DNA of 37,472 nucleotides from a virus. Taxonomy: Duplodnaviria; Caudoviricetes. The translations under genes were made by a program, and so were the position numbers. The stretch is from positions 1 to 37,472 of the IMG/VR virus record IMGVR_UViG_3300031965_000088. One strand, given 5' to 3'. The notes under the pieces are model-generated. The model was not told the DNA's origin. It saw nothing but the letters and a program-made list of their open reading frames with translations, and did no database searches. Of this stretch, positions 15,882-24,281 are shown piece by piece. Position 1 is the first letter of the stretch, and the number at the start of each line of letters is the position of its first letter.

Positions 15882-16160
15882 TTAATTAGTATCTATCCAA
15901 ATATCCCCAATGCCGGGTGATGTTGGTTCAGTAGTCCCTACTGTTATCTTAGCTATTCCGTCTCCTACAATGTAACCTCCCATATCGCTTTCTAGTTGGT
16001 ACTGCGTATGCGGGTCTGCTTCCGACACATGAGAAGCTGCCGATGCCGATACGTCTGCGTCTATCTCTGCGGATATTAAACTATCGCCAGTAGAAGGCGT
16101 TAGAAGATCGGTGCGCCTTTGTGGTATAGGCGGGTAGTCCGGCTGTCCTATCCTTCTCAT
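15882..16160 (-). CDS. Small tail-associated protein (H....DPHTQY; P.SP..GDIWIDT)
   Basis: Motifs typical of tail-fiber termini. Confidence 0.65.
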   Translation of the reverse strand: MRRIGQPDYPPIPQRRTDLLTPSTGDSLISAEIDADVSASAASHVSEADPHTQYQLESDMGGYIVGDGIAKITVGTTEPTSPGIGDIWIDTN

Positions 16161-17639
16161 TTAGTACAACCCCTTCTTGTACCATAACGGCGGTTCTTCA
16201 TCTATTGGATCGGGAACCCTGTCTCCCACAATCTGCCCCGGTCTGCCAATGTCCGGCCCGCGTGGTTTCATTGGAGCATATGGGTCTGGTGCCACCATGA
16301 ACGGCGGCGGTTCTGGATACGGATAGACTGGCTTGCCGTTGTAGTCTCCGGGGGGACGCGTCTTGCGTTCGTTCCCTAGTATGTCGCCCATGTTCTCAAA
16401 GGTAGCCAGTCCACCCAAGAAGTGCTGTGTCCGGTACTGACCACCCCTTCTGTATGAGTGTTTATATCCTGTTAGTCTGGTGATAGCGTCTGTGGGGTAG
16501 AGCGTCTGCGTAAAACTACTACCACCGCCACTAGTCATATAAAGGTTGTCAGTCGATATAATATATAGAGCTACGAAGCCTGTGATCGGAGACGATACGT
16601 GGATTGAGCCAGACTTAGGCCAATGAGCGTACATACCACCATGTAGTCGTACTGTGCCAGCAAGGATTAGTGTTGGTTCTTGCCATGTACCGGCAACCCT
16701 AGCGGAATAGTACAAGTCGGAATTGGAATACTTCTCAATCACAATATAGGGAATACCAGCTTGGTCTATGGTGAGAAAGCAGTAACCTTCTGAATCCTGC
16801 TGGATATACTCTATGTCGCCCCAAGTGCCGGAGGTTCGTTTCTTATAACCTACATAGTCATTAGGTGCGCCGGAGTTGCCGTAGCTTGACCAAGCCGCAT
16901 GGATATTGCTGGAGTCATCAATACAGATGTTAGGAGTTTCATACTTAGCGGTGTCATCGTCAGATAATTGGACTGGCGATTGCCATGACGTAGTATATTC
17001 AGCGTACCATACCTGCTCAGGGTGCCCAGGTGCGTCAATGAAGGATAGCCAAACTACATGAAGCGTGTTAGTAGGGGAAATTGCGATTTCTGGGTCATAC
17101 GCTTCTAAATATGTGTCGGTAAGCCATGCTTGGCTCCCCCACGTCTCACCTTGGTTGGTTGACTTAGCGTATCGGATATTCCTTATCCATGTTGGGCCAG
17201 CACTCTCATCTAGCGCCTCGGAGCAGTACACTATATGAAGGTTATCATCACTATCAACCGCAAGTGATAACCCGCCAGTAGTCCACATACTAGCTTCTAC
17301 TTCTATGTCCCACTCAGTCCATGAGCCGACAGTATTGCGTCTCGATATACAGACATCACCGTTCTTGGTATCATATGAACTGCGTATCTTCTGGTAAGCC
17401 ACATAGATTCTTCCGGCGCTATCAACGGCAATACACGGCGCAAAGTAATCGGCTACCCCACTACCAGTTACACGAGTTAGGCTAGTGTTCCATGTCTCGC
17501 CTGTAGTAGACCAGGCTACTATAAGGTCATCATCGGTGGAAAGATAACAAGTCCAAAGCACACCAGACTGGGTACGTGCGATAGTATGCTGACTTCTCCA
17601 CCCAGACTTAGCTGCTAAACTGATTAACTCGTCCGCCAT
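16161..17639 (-). CDS. Beta-propeller (BNR/Asp-box) protein, candidate receptor-binding protein
   Basis: STTGETW and STNQGETW Asp-boxes, repeated P.IA.D....HVVW blades, Pro-rich tail. Confidence 0.7.
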   Translation of the reverse strand: MADELISLAAKSGWRSQHTIARTQSGVLWTCYLSTDDDLIVAWSTTGETWNTSLTRVTGSGVADYFAPCIAVDSAGRIYVAYQKIRSSYDTKNGDVCISRRNTVGSWTEWDIEVEASMWTTGGLSLAVDSDDNLHIVYCSEALDESAGPTWIRNIRYAKSTNQGETWGSQAWLTDTYLEAYDPEIAISPTNTLHVVWLSFIDAPGHPEQVWYAEYTTSWQSPVQLSDDDTAKYETPNICIDDSSNIHAAWSSYGNSGAPNDYVGYKKRTSGTWGDIEYIQQDSEGYCFLTIDQAGIPYIVIEKYSNSDLYYSARVAGTWQEPTLILAGTVRLHGGMYAHWPKSGSIHVSSPITGFVALYIISTDNLYMTSGGGSSFTQTLYPTDAITRLTGYKHSYRRGGQYRTQHFLGGLATFENMGDILGNERKTRPPGDYNGKPVYPYPEPPPFMVAPDPYAPMKPRGPDIGRPGQIVGDRVPDPIDEEPPLWYKKGLY

Positions 17640-18679
17640 TACCTCACGTCCACAATGCTTTCTTTATCGTACAGTTCTACCCTAGCATCTAAAGGAGTTT
17701 CACCAAAAGCAGACATCAATTCAGCCTTCGCTCTGGTAAGTAACGCTGAAGCAATCTTTCCGGCATCGGTAGCATTTGTAACCCGTGCAATCACCCATGT
17801 CTGGTTTATCTCGCCACTACCGTCAGGATCGTACATGGCCTGAGCATCTGTATCTTCCGCTGTCGCCGTAACGTCCCAATCTCCCGCTTCGTTGGCTATG
17901 ACTGTAATCTTGTTAGGAAGTAAAACCGTCATGCGTTCATTGTAGGAATACGTAGGTAGATATCCAGTGGTAGATACCGTGTAGTAAGTCTCATTCACCG
18001 CATCAGCCACTTGCGGATAGACAATCTCTGCGGTCATGTTGGGCTTCATTCTGATATAACACTTAGTCAGATTGATTGCCCTGTAAATAACGCTCTTGAG
18101 TGTGTCCTTGTTGCCTTGTCTGGCTTGGGCGTTAATGTAGAAGTAAACCGCAACGGTGTCTATAATCCCGTCGTCTACCGCATTAGTTAAGGTCATGCCC
18201 GCTCTGGTAAAGCAAGCCTGCATGATGGTTAAAGGAGTAGCTGTATCGTAGGCGTACTCATGGAACGGCGCGTCTCCCGCTATATCCCATTCAATCTCGT
18301 CTAGGACTTCCCACATACCCTGCATCTCAAGGTTGACTTGCAAGACTCCTGCTTGAGATGACTCATTCTGGTTCTTCACCCACAATCTCGGATGGGCTGC
18401 GCCTTCGTTACCGGAGCCAGTCACATCTCCCCATGCCGGTTCTACCCAGTACCCTCTTAAATCAGGGATGGTTCTATCGTTATTCCTAAGAACAATCATA
18501 CCTTTAGATGTGTAGGGCATTTCCTCCTGGTCGCAAGCTAAGACGTAATCGGTAGTACCGGAGGTCACGTTATAGGTATGCGTGGTTAGCCCGTCAGCGG
18601 AAGTAAAGGTTAATCCGATGTACGGAGTGCGTGAGCCGGTGAGCTGCGCGGCTAGATGAGTACTAGTGAGTGTCCTCAT
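17639..18679 (-). CDS. Tail structural protein (hub-like)
   Basis: MRTLTST.LAAQ N-terminus and ELYD C-terminus; sits between the adaptor and the propeller. Confidence 0.55.
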   Translation of the reverse strand: MRTLTSTHLAAQLTGSRTPYIGLTFTSADGLTTHTYNVTSGTTDYVLACDQEEMPYTSKGMIVLRNNDRTIPDLRGYWVEPAWGDVTGSGNEGAAHPRLWVKNQNESSQAGVLQVNLEMQGMWEVLDEIEWDIAGDAPFHEYAYDTATPLTIMQACFTRAGMTLTNAVDDGIIDTVAVYFYINAQARQGNKDTLKSVIYRAINLTKCYIRMKPNMTAEIVYPQVADAVNETYYTVSTTGYLPTYSYNERMTVLLPNKITVIANEAGDWDVTATAEDTDAQAMYDPDGSGEINQTWVIARVTNATDAGKIASALLTRAKAELMSAFGETPLDARVELYDKESIVDVR

Positions 18680-18682
18680 GCT

Positions 18683-19996
18683 TTAACCGCCCGAATAAGT
18701 TCTAAATACTCTGGACTTCCTCATGCTCATAAGTTCACGGATGGCGTTCTGGTAACGTGTCTGTCCTAGTCTGAACAAAGCAATCTGAAGGTTAGCGGAG
18801 CGTATGCGTCCCGCCGCAAGATTGACCTGCCCCGCCGCTGTCTGTAAATAACCTGAAGCGTTGGTGTTGTCCAGGTTCGCTATGTTCAGGTACTCGCTAG
18901 ACCCGCCACCAACCGGAACGGTATTCGCAAGTGACAAACCGGAAGCCACGGCTGTTACCGCAAGGTCAACCTGTGGATTGGCAAGGTCGGCTTCTGTCTT
19001 AGCGTTACTCATGTCGCTTACAGAAGTGTCGAACAACGTCCTTGCGTCATACGTCCAGTTCATCGCCAGTTGAGCCGCCGCCAGTTCGGTAACAATCCGT
19101 TCCAACTGTGGAGTTAGACTTGACGGATAGAATGTTACAACAGCATCTTCGACCGCCCTGTCTTTAAGCGGGGGTTCGATGTAAATGTCAGCCTCGTTTG
19201 ACGTGATAGTTGCCGTGGCGGTAACTCTATATACCCCGTCAGTTCCGTCGACGGTGAAGAACGCACCTTCAGGGATAGTGCCAGTACCAAGATTGTCCAC
19301 GTGAATCATGTGCGACCATTCGGCGTAACCAGTAGCCGCACCTGAGTCAATCGCACCAGCGGTATCAGTCAGTGAGTTAAGGTTATGATCTTGCCGTGCC
19401 ATTAAAAGAACGTCGGACTTCCAGACTTCGGTTGCGGTGTCATCCCCTGTGTCCTCAGCGTTACGCCCTAATGTCAAAGCCGTAGCAGAAGCAATCGCTG
19501 AAACCCTATACCATTCATCCGTACCGGACTTGCGGATATAGTAACCCACTTTAAGTTCGGTAGTGAATAACGTGTTGGAACCAGTGACCGCTGTGGAGTC
19601 TGCTGTAAAAGTAACCGTCCCCGTTAGAGTGGCGTCGTTCCTAGCACGTGGGGCTGAGTTGAGTGAAAGGTCAAACCCGCCCATGCGCCACTTGATATTA
19701 TGCTTGTTTCCTAAGTCATCGTCGTCCAGTAAATCCCCATCGCTGTCATAGCGCAGAACGGGAAAACAGGCGAAGTCTGAACCCGCCCTATGCAATCCGT
19801 CACGTGTGCAGGTTACGCCCCTGGATTTGTCACGTGCGGTCAGCCAGACGGGGTATTCAAGTGGTACATAGATAGACGCTTCTTTAACAGCGGCATCTAA
19901 CTGAGTACCGGCGTCAGCGGCGGAGAACACCGCATTACTGGAGTCGCCCAATAGCTGTTCTATATTATCTATAAGGCCGCTTCTAGTGCTTACCAT
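18683..19996 (-). CDS. Head-tail adaptor-like protein with inserted beta-rich modules
   Basis: R..LI..IEQLLGD......F......LD.AV N-terminus, TGTVTFT..STAVTGSNTLFT.ELKVG module and helical C-terminus. Confidence 0.6.
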   Translation of the reverse strand: MVSTRSGLIDNIEQLLGDSSNAVFSAADAGTQLDAAVKEASIYVPLEYPVWLTARDKSRGVTCTRDGLHRAGSDFACFPVLRYDSDGDLLDDDDLGNKHNIKWRMGGFDLSLNSAPRARNDATLTGTVTFTADSTAVTGSNTLFTTELKVGYYIRKSGTDEWYRVSAIASATALTLGRNAEDTGDDTATEVWKSDVLLMARQDHNLNSLTDTAGAIDSGAATGYAEWSHMIHVDNLGTGTIPEGAFFTVDGTDGVYRVTATATITSNEADIYIEPPLKDRAVEDAVVTFYPSSLTPQLERIVTELAAAQLAMNWTYDARTLFDTSVSDMSNAKTEADLANPQVDLAVTAVASGLSLANTVPVGGGSSEYLNIANLDNTNASGYLQTAAGQVNLAAGRIRSANLQIALFRLGQTRYQNAIRELMSMRKSRVFRTYSGG

Positions 19997-19997
19997 A

Positions 19998-20462
19998 TTA
20001 CGCCGCCACTACGTTGCCATCGGAAGACAGCGGATACCAGAAGCAGTAGAAGGTAATCACACCGCCCGTTACATTGGCAACACCGCAATCTAAAGTAATA
20101 TCGTTCCCGTCCGTAATGATAAACTCCTTCATAACTGAAAGGGCTTCAATCTCCGAGTCAGGTGTAGCGTCATGCCAGATTTCCTTAGCCGCCAACCCTT
20201 CAGTCGTCAGGTCGGTTGTCGCTACAATCTCCGAACCGCCGCCGATACCAACTTCAATCGTAGCGTTAGCGTCAAAGGTCAGCGAAGTCGTACAAACCGG
20301 CACAACCTTTACCACCACCTGGCCTGTGACAGTGAATAGTGTAACCGGATCGCCCGTTCCGTCATGGTCGCCTATGGCGTTGGGCGTACCACCGGCAAAG
20401 GTTACGGTCTTAGTTGCTAACGTGGTAGCTTCAGCACCGCCGTATAATCGTTCGAAAGTCAT
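19998..20462 (-). CDS. Putative capsid decoration/minor structural protein
   Basis: Beta-rich, ends GVITFYCFWYPLS..G.V.AA. GGGAG RBS. Confidence 0.55.
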   Translation of the reverse strand: MTFERLYGGAEATTLATKTVTFAGGTPNAIGDHDGTGDPVTLFTVTGQVVVKVVPVCTTSLTFDANATIEVGIGGGSEIVATTDLTTEGLAAKEIWHDATPDSEIEALSVMKEFIITDGNDITLDCGVANVTGGVITFYCFWYPLSSDGNVVAA

Positions 20463-20599
20463 TTCCGTTCTCCCTTTTGTAGTTCCACTTTGATATCCCT
20501 GAGTAGTTCTCTTAAGTCCAATAGAACCTCTACCACAACCTTAGCGTCTTGCCTCGCCATAGTTCCCAGTAAATGCTCTAGTTCGCTTCTGGTTTTCAT
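20459..20599 (-). CDS. Small hypothetical protein (46 aa, MKTRSELE...VEVLLDLRELL)
   Basis: Translated manually. ATGA overlaps at both ends. Confidence 0.6.
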   Translation of the reverse strand: MKTRSELEHLLGTMARQDAKVVVEVLLDLRELLRDIKVELQKGERK

Positions 20600-20853
20600 G
20601 CTTTTCCTTTGTAGTCAACCGCCGCCCGTTTGTCCCTAACGTACTGTTCGCTTTTGTCCTTGGAAGTAAAGGGTTCAGTACCGAACGTCAGCTTTCTTAA
20701 AGACGGGGGGAACTTTCCCATATTGACATGAGCGATGGTGGACAACCCACGAAACATCGGTTGACCGCAGCAGTGGGGAGCCGCAGCCCCAATGGGCTGA
20801 AGCTCCTCACTTACGGATTCACAGTTAAGACAGGTGTAGGTGTAGATAGGCAT
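20596..20853 (-). CDS. FmdB-family zinc-ribbon protein
   Basis: MPIYTYTCLNC...HCCGQPM.R motif. Confidence 0.8.
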   Translation of the reverse strand: MPIYTYTCLNCESVSEELQPIGAAAPHCCGQPMFRGLSTIAHVNMGKFPPSLRKLTFGTEPFTSKDKSEQYVRDKRAAVDYKGKA

Positions 20854-21254
20854 TAAGCACCTAGTACGTAGCAGGTTACAGCCGTGGCCGATGTTCGCAT
20901 GAATACCAGTAACGCGGCCTCGTTCGTCGCAACCGTCTGTGCGGTATCTGATATTGTTACGTCAGTACCACCAGCAAAGGTCAAGGTCTGATCTCCGTCA
21001 TTGATGTAGTAGCACTTAACACACTCACCGTTTTTCTTAAGCGCACCGACACCGGCGTTACCGGCTATAATAGCCAAGGCTGTTCCAGTTGTAACCGTCC
21101 CACCACCCGTGGTGGATGTGTGAACTACAATTCCACCCGCAATCTGCGCAGCGGAAAGGGTGTTGTTCTGTGTGTCAACGTCAGTAGCGGTTAGAGTTTC
21201 TATCAATCTTCCGCTACCCACTGTGAGTCTGTCGTAAACCGTTAATTGTCTCAT
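20853..21254 (-). CDS. Putative capsid decoration protein
   Basis: TLSAAQIAGGIV...T.T.TA..I....IN.G..TLT.AGGT.VT pattern. AGGAG RBS. Confidence 0.6.
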   Translation of the reverse strand: MRQLTVYDRLTVGSGRLIETLTATDVDTQNNTLSAAQIAGGIVVHTSTTGGGTVTTGTALAIIAGNAGVGALKKNGECVKCYYINDGDQTLTFAGGTDVTISDTAQTVATNEAALLVFMRTSATAVTCYVLGA

Positions 21255-21292
21255 TGTCTTTCTCCTATTTCTCTTTATAGTCCGTCGGGGCT

Positions 21293-21907
21293 TTACCCGC
21301 TAGACTTTCTTTCCAGTAACTCAGTTAGAGATAGGGAACACGGCGGGTCTTTCATGTAGTCCCACGTCATATCAGTCTCCTCTGCGTCCTCTAACCGAAC
21401 CTTAAACTCACGCCAGTCTTTGCCGTAGTGCCATTCTATGTACTCCTCTATCGGTGCGGGGCAGGAGTACTTATTCCCCAGTAACTCTATGGTGGTCATG
21501 TTCTCGAAGAACCTTCTAGGGTACATATGTACCGCCGGTATCGGGTCGGGTTCCTTCCAGCAGTAGTACCAGACATCAGACTCGTCCAACTCACAGAACT
21601 TGAGGTCTAGCATAACCCCTGTCCCTCTCGGATGGGACGCGCCCAGTTGTCTAGGATCGGACATGACCATTAGCCTGAAACCCTTGTCCCACAACATCTT
21701 CACCAGTTCAGACTCTTTGGCAGGGTTCACTTCATCGCGGAAGATACGGACATCAATATCGTGGTCGTACACGTTTATACTGTTATCCCTATACGCCGAT
21801 AGAAGCGTCCCGGAGTCTATGAAGTATGTTAAACCTAGTTCGTCCAGCCCGTCTGTTACCGCCTTAAGCACCGCCGATGTAGCGTTTACGTCGAGTAAAT
21901 CCCTCAC
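21293..21907 (-). CDS. licD: LicD-family nucleotidyltransferase-fold phosphotransferase
   Basis: YFIDSGTLLSAYRD..I..YDHDIDV and F.....IE.LG....P...EEY....YG.DW motifs. Confidence 0.88.
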   Translation of the reverse strand: MRDLLDVNATSAVLKAVTDGLDELGLTYFIDSGTLLSAYRDNSINVYDHDIDVRIFRDEVNPAKESELVKMLWDKGFRLMVMSDPRQLGASHPRGTGVMLDLKFCELDESDVWYYCWKEPDPIPAVHMYPRRFFENMTTIELLGNKYSCPAPIEEYIEWHYGKDWREFKVRLEDAEETDMTWDYMKDPPCSLSLTELLERKSSG

Positions 21908-22611
21908 ACCGTAGCCATGCCCTTTTCAGTTACCAAGCCAGACTTCCTCATGTTCTCGATTGCCTCACCCACAGTCCACACCGTAGGCCCCTCATGGTCA
22001 ACCCATACTCCGGTATGCAGGAAAGTGTCTATTCCGGCCTTATGAGCCTTGTCGCAGAAGTCCCAATCCTCAGAGATATAGATGTCGGCACCAGTGGAAG
22101 TCTTGCCAACCCCACTCTCAAAGAACGGGTAACACCTGCATGAGATATCCGGATGAAGCAGTGGTAGTTCCAAACTGTCCTTGATCTGGTTAAGCGCCTT
22201 GAGTGAAACCCCTAAGAAGCCAGTCGCTAAGTACTCACATGGATGAACCAGCCCGTCTATCGGCACGTTACCCCAAGAAGCCAGTTGCTCCGCCCTTTTA
22301 ACAGGGTAGCAACCACCGATAATATCCACACCGCTTTTCAGTTCCTCGTAGATTTTCTCTACTTCCTGTGGACGGAATTGGATATCGTCGTCAATGAATA
22401 ACATATAGTCAGACAAGCCCTTTTCAATGAAGCGGGTACAGGCGACAGACCGTGACCTGCCGATTAAGGCATCCCCCGATTGCACGTCTATCATGTAAAG
22501 CATCTTCGTCTTATGAGTGTGCCAGCGTAGAAGCTCCAATGACTTAAAAGTGGTGTTCGTAACATATCGGTGGGCGCAGATTACGATTGTCAGGTCTAAG
22601 GGTCTTCCCAA
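21904..22611 (-). CDS. GT-A fold glycosyltransferase (GT2-like)
   Basis: LI.RSRS....F, MLFIDDDI (DxD), IIGGCYP.K, ATGFL, YISEDWDFC...AG and VDHEG. TTG start with AAAGGA RBS. Confidence 0.85.
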   Translation of the reverse strand: MGRPLDLTIVICAHRYVTNTTFKSLELLRWHTHKTKMLYMIDVQSGDALIGRSRSVACTRFIEKGLSDYMLFIDDDIQFRPQEVEKIYEELKSGVDIIGGCYPVKRAEQLASWGNVPIDGLVHPCEYLATGFLGVSLKALNQIKDSLELPLLHPDISCRCYPFFESGVGKTSTGADIYISEDWDFCDKAHKAGIDTFLHTGVWVDHEGPTVWTVGEAIENMRKSGLVTEKGMATV

Positions 22612-22628
22612 AGTTCTTTTCCTTTCTT

Positions 22629-22655
22629 AAAGAAGGGGCGGTGGTTAGCCGCCCC
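22629..22655 (-). terminator. Stem-loop after the capsid gene (GGGGCGG-7-CCGCCCC, then UUCUUU)
   Basis: 7-bp GC stem with an imperfect U tract. Confidence 0.65.
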
Positions 22656-22661
22656 CGCTAT

Positions 22662-23504
22662 TTAGCTACGGGTCTTAATCCAGCAGCCGAAGGTGTCTCG
22701 CATTTCCTTCACGCCCCAGAGAGCGATACAGGCAATACCCCATGACAGCCGGTTCGGGAACCGTTCCATTGTAACTTTCGGCATGATCTGAGTGACCAGA
22801 GCAAGCGCCTCTTTCTGAAGATAGGCTGCGGCATGGTAGTTGGTATTGACCGCAGGCAGGTTGTTGGTCATATAGACCGGCGCTCCCAGAATAGCCCGCC
22901 CCTGGAAGCCGTTGTTGACCACACTGTCGGGGACATAGTCCATGCGGACGAAGAAGTCCCGTCCCAGAAGGTCAGTGATGGATTCAGGGTCGAACACCCA
23001 AGCACGATCTTGGAAGGGAGCGTTACCCTCATTCAAGACTTCGTAAGCCTCGATGATGTTGGTTTCGGTAATCGCCGTGCCTTCAGTGCCGGTGGTGCCG
23101 GTGAAGGACGAAAACAGGGTAGCAAGGGAAGTGTCCATCTGCTCGGCGAGAGCGAACACGGCCTTGTTCTTACCCAGAGAGAGGTAGTCCAAAGCGTCCT
23201 GAACCTGAGTGTAGGGGTCAACCGCATAGGCGGTGTAGTACCGCTTGTCAATATCGATGTTGACAGCCGCCTCAGTGGTCGTGGTCAGGGAGATATCGGC
23301 AGCCGCATTGAAAGCGGAAGCCGACAGGTTGGACAGGACGGGAACGACGATCTTATTGCCGCCGCCAGCCGCATATTTGTCATACCGGCGGTCGCACAGC
23401 GGGGCTACAACCAGAGCGTCCTCGACAGCCGCCTGGACTTCTTTTGACCATACGGTCGGGATATAGTTCGCAAGGTTCGTTTGATTTAGTGGGGTTAAAG
23501 CCAT
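22662..23504 (-). CDS. Major capsid protein (HK97 fold, P22-coat/T7-like type)
   Basis: YIPTVWSKEV, G..IVVP, IDID.....A..V, LA...D, P..DR, G.ILG.PVYMTNNL and LWGVKEMR. GAGGAG RBS; follows the scaffold. Confidence 0.88.
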   Translation of the reverse strand: MALTPLNQTNLANYIPTVWSKEVQAAVEDALVVAPLCDRRYDKYAAGGGNKIVVPVLSNLSASAFNAAADISLTTTTEAAVNIDIDKRYYTAYAVDPYTQVQDALDYLSLGKNKAVFALAEQMDTSLATLFSSFTGTTGTEGTAITETNIIEAYEVLNEGNAPFQDRAWVFDPESITDLLGRDFFVRMDYVPDSVVNNGFQGRAILGAPVYMTNNLPAVNTNYHAAAYLQKEALALVTQIMPKVTMERFPNRLSWGIACIALWGVKEMRDTFGCWIKTRS

Positions 23505-23515
23505 TTAATTCTCCT

Positions 23516-24220
23516 CTACGGACGGAGTACCCCCTCTTTAATGAGGTCGGTAAACTCCCTGCCCGGATATTTCTTTCTTATTGCCCTCAGTTCTGGCATG
23601 GTCATAGCGTTGATTGAAGGCTTACCAGCGCTCAGCCCTTTACCGGAGTCAAACTTCGGAGCTTCTTTCCTTACCTTCGGCAATAAATCGGCAATCTCTT
23701 CCAAAGCGTTAAAGTCGTTAATCTTAGCCGATGCTTTCTTGAGCGTGTCAAGGTCGATACCCTTCTCTACTGCTAGAGACTTGAGTTTATCTTCCTTTTC
23801 AGCCAACTCAACCTTCGATAGTTTCTCGCTCAGTCCTTCCGCTTCCTTGCGCTTTTCTTCGATCTTAGCGTTAAGGTCACGTAGTTCCTGTGAGTACTTC
23901 TTCTTCAGGTCAACCGCTTTGATTAGCTGTTTCTTTTCGGAGTCGCTCAGGTCGTCGCTGGATTCAATAGAGTCAATCTCCCGCTGCCGTGCTTGCGCTT
24001 CGGATTCAGCTTTAGACTTCTCTATATTAAGTTGGTGACTTTTGAGTTCTTCCCTTGCCTTGGCTTCCCTGCCCTTAGCTGCTTGAAGGTCGGATAGTAA
24101 GTTCCTGATTTGTTCTGGTGTGTACGAGGTCTGCCCCGCATCTCCAGAGGTTGCTGTGAGGTCGGCTTGCGCCTCGCCCGTCTGCTCGCCCTGTTTGATT
24201 TCCGCTTCGCCCGTGGTCAT
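23516..24220 (-). CDS. Capsid scaffolding protein
   Basis: Charged coiled-coil protein directly upstream of the MCP. GGAGG RBS. Confidence 0.75.
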   Translation of the reverse strand: MTTGEAEIKQGEQTGEAQADLTATSGDAGQTSYTPEQIRNLLSDLQAAKGREAKAREELKSHQLNIEKSKAESEAQARQREIDSIESSDDLSDSEKKQLIKAVDLKKKYSQELRDLNAKIEEKRKEAEGLSEKLSKVELAEKEDKLKSLAVEKGIDLDTLKKASAKINDFNALEEIADLLPKVRKEAPKFDSGKGLSAGKPSINAMTMPELRAIRKKYPGREFTDLIKEGVLRP

Positions 24221-24246
24221 GTTTTCCTCCGTATTTACTTAAGTTA

Positions 24247-24275
24247 AATCTAACACCCAAATATTAAACTGTCAA
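24247..24275 (-). promoter_or_regulatory. Late-type promoter TTGACA-17-TAGATT (ext. TG) for scaffold-capsid
   Basis: ATTGACAGTTT family, followed by TAACTTAAGT. Confidence 0.75.
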
Positions 24276-24281
24276 TGAAAG

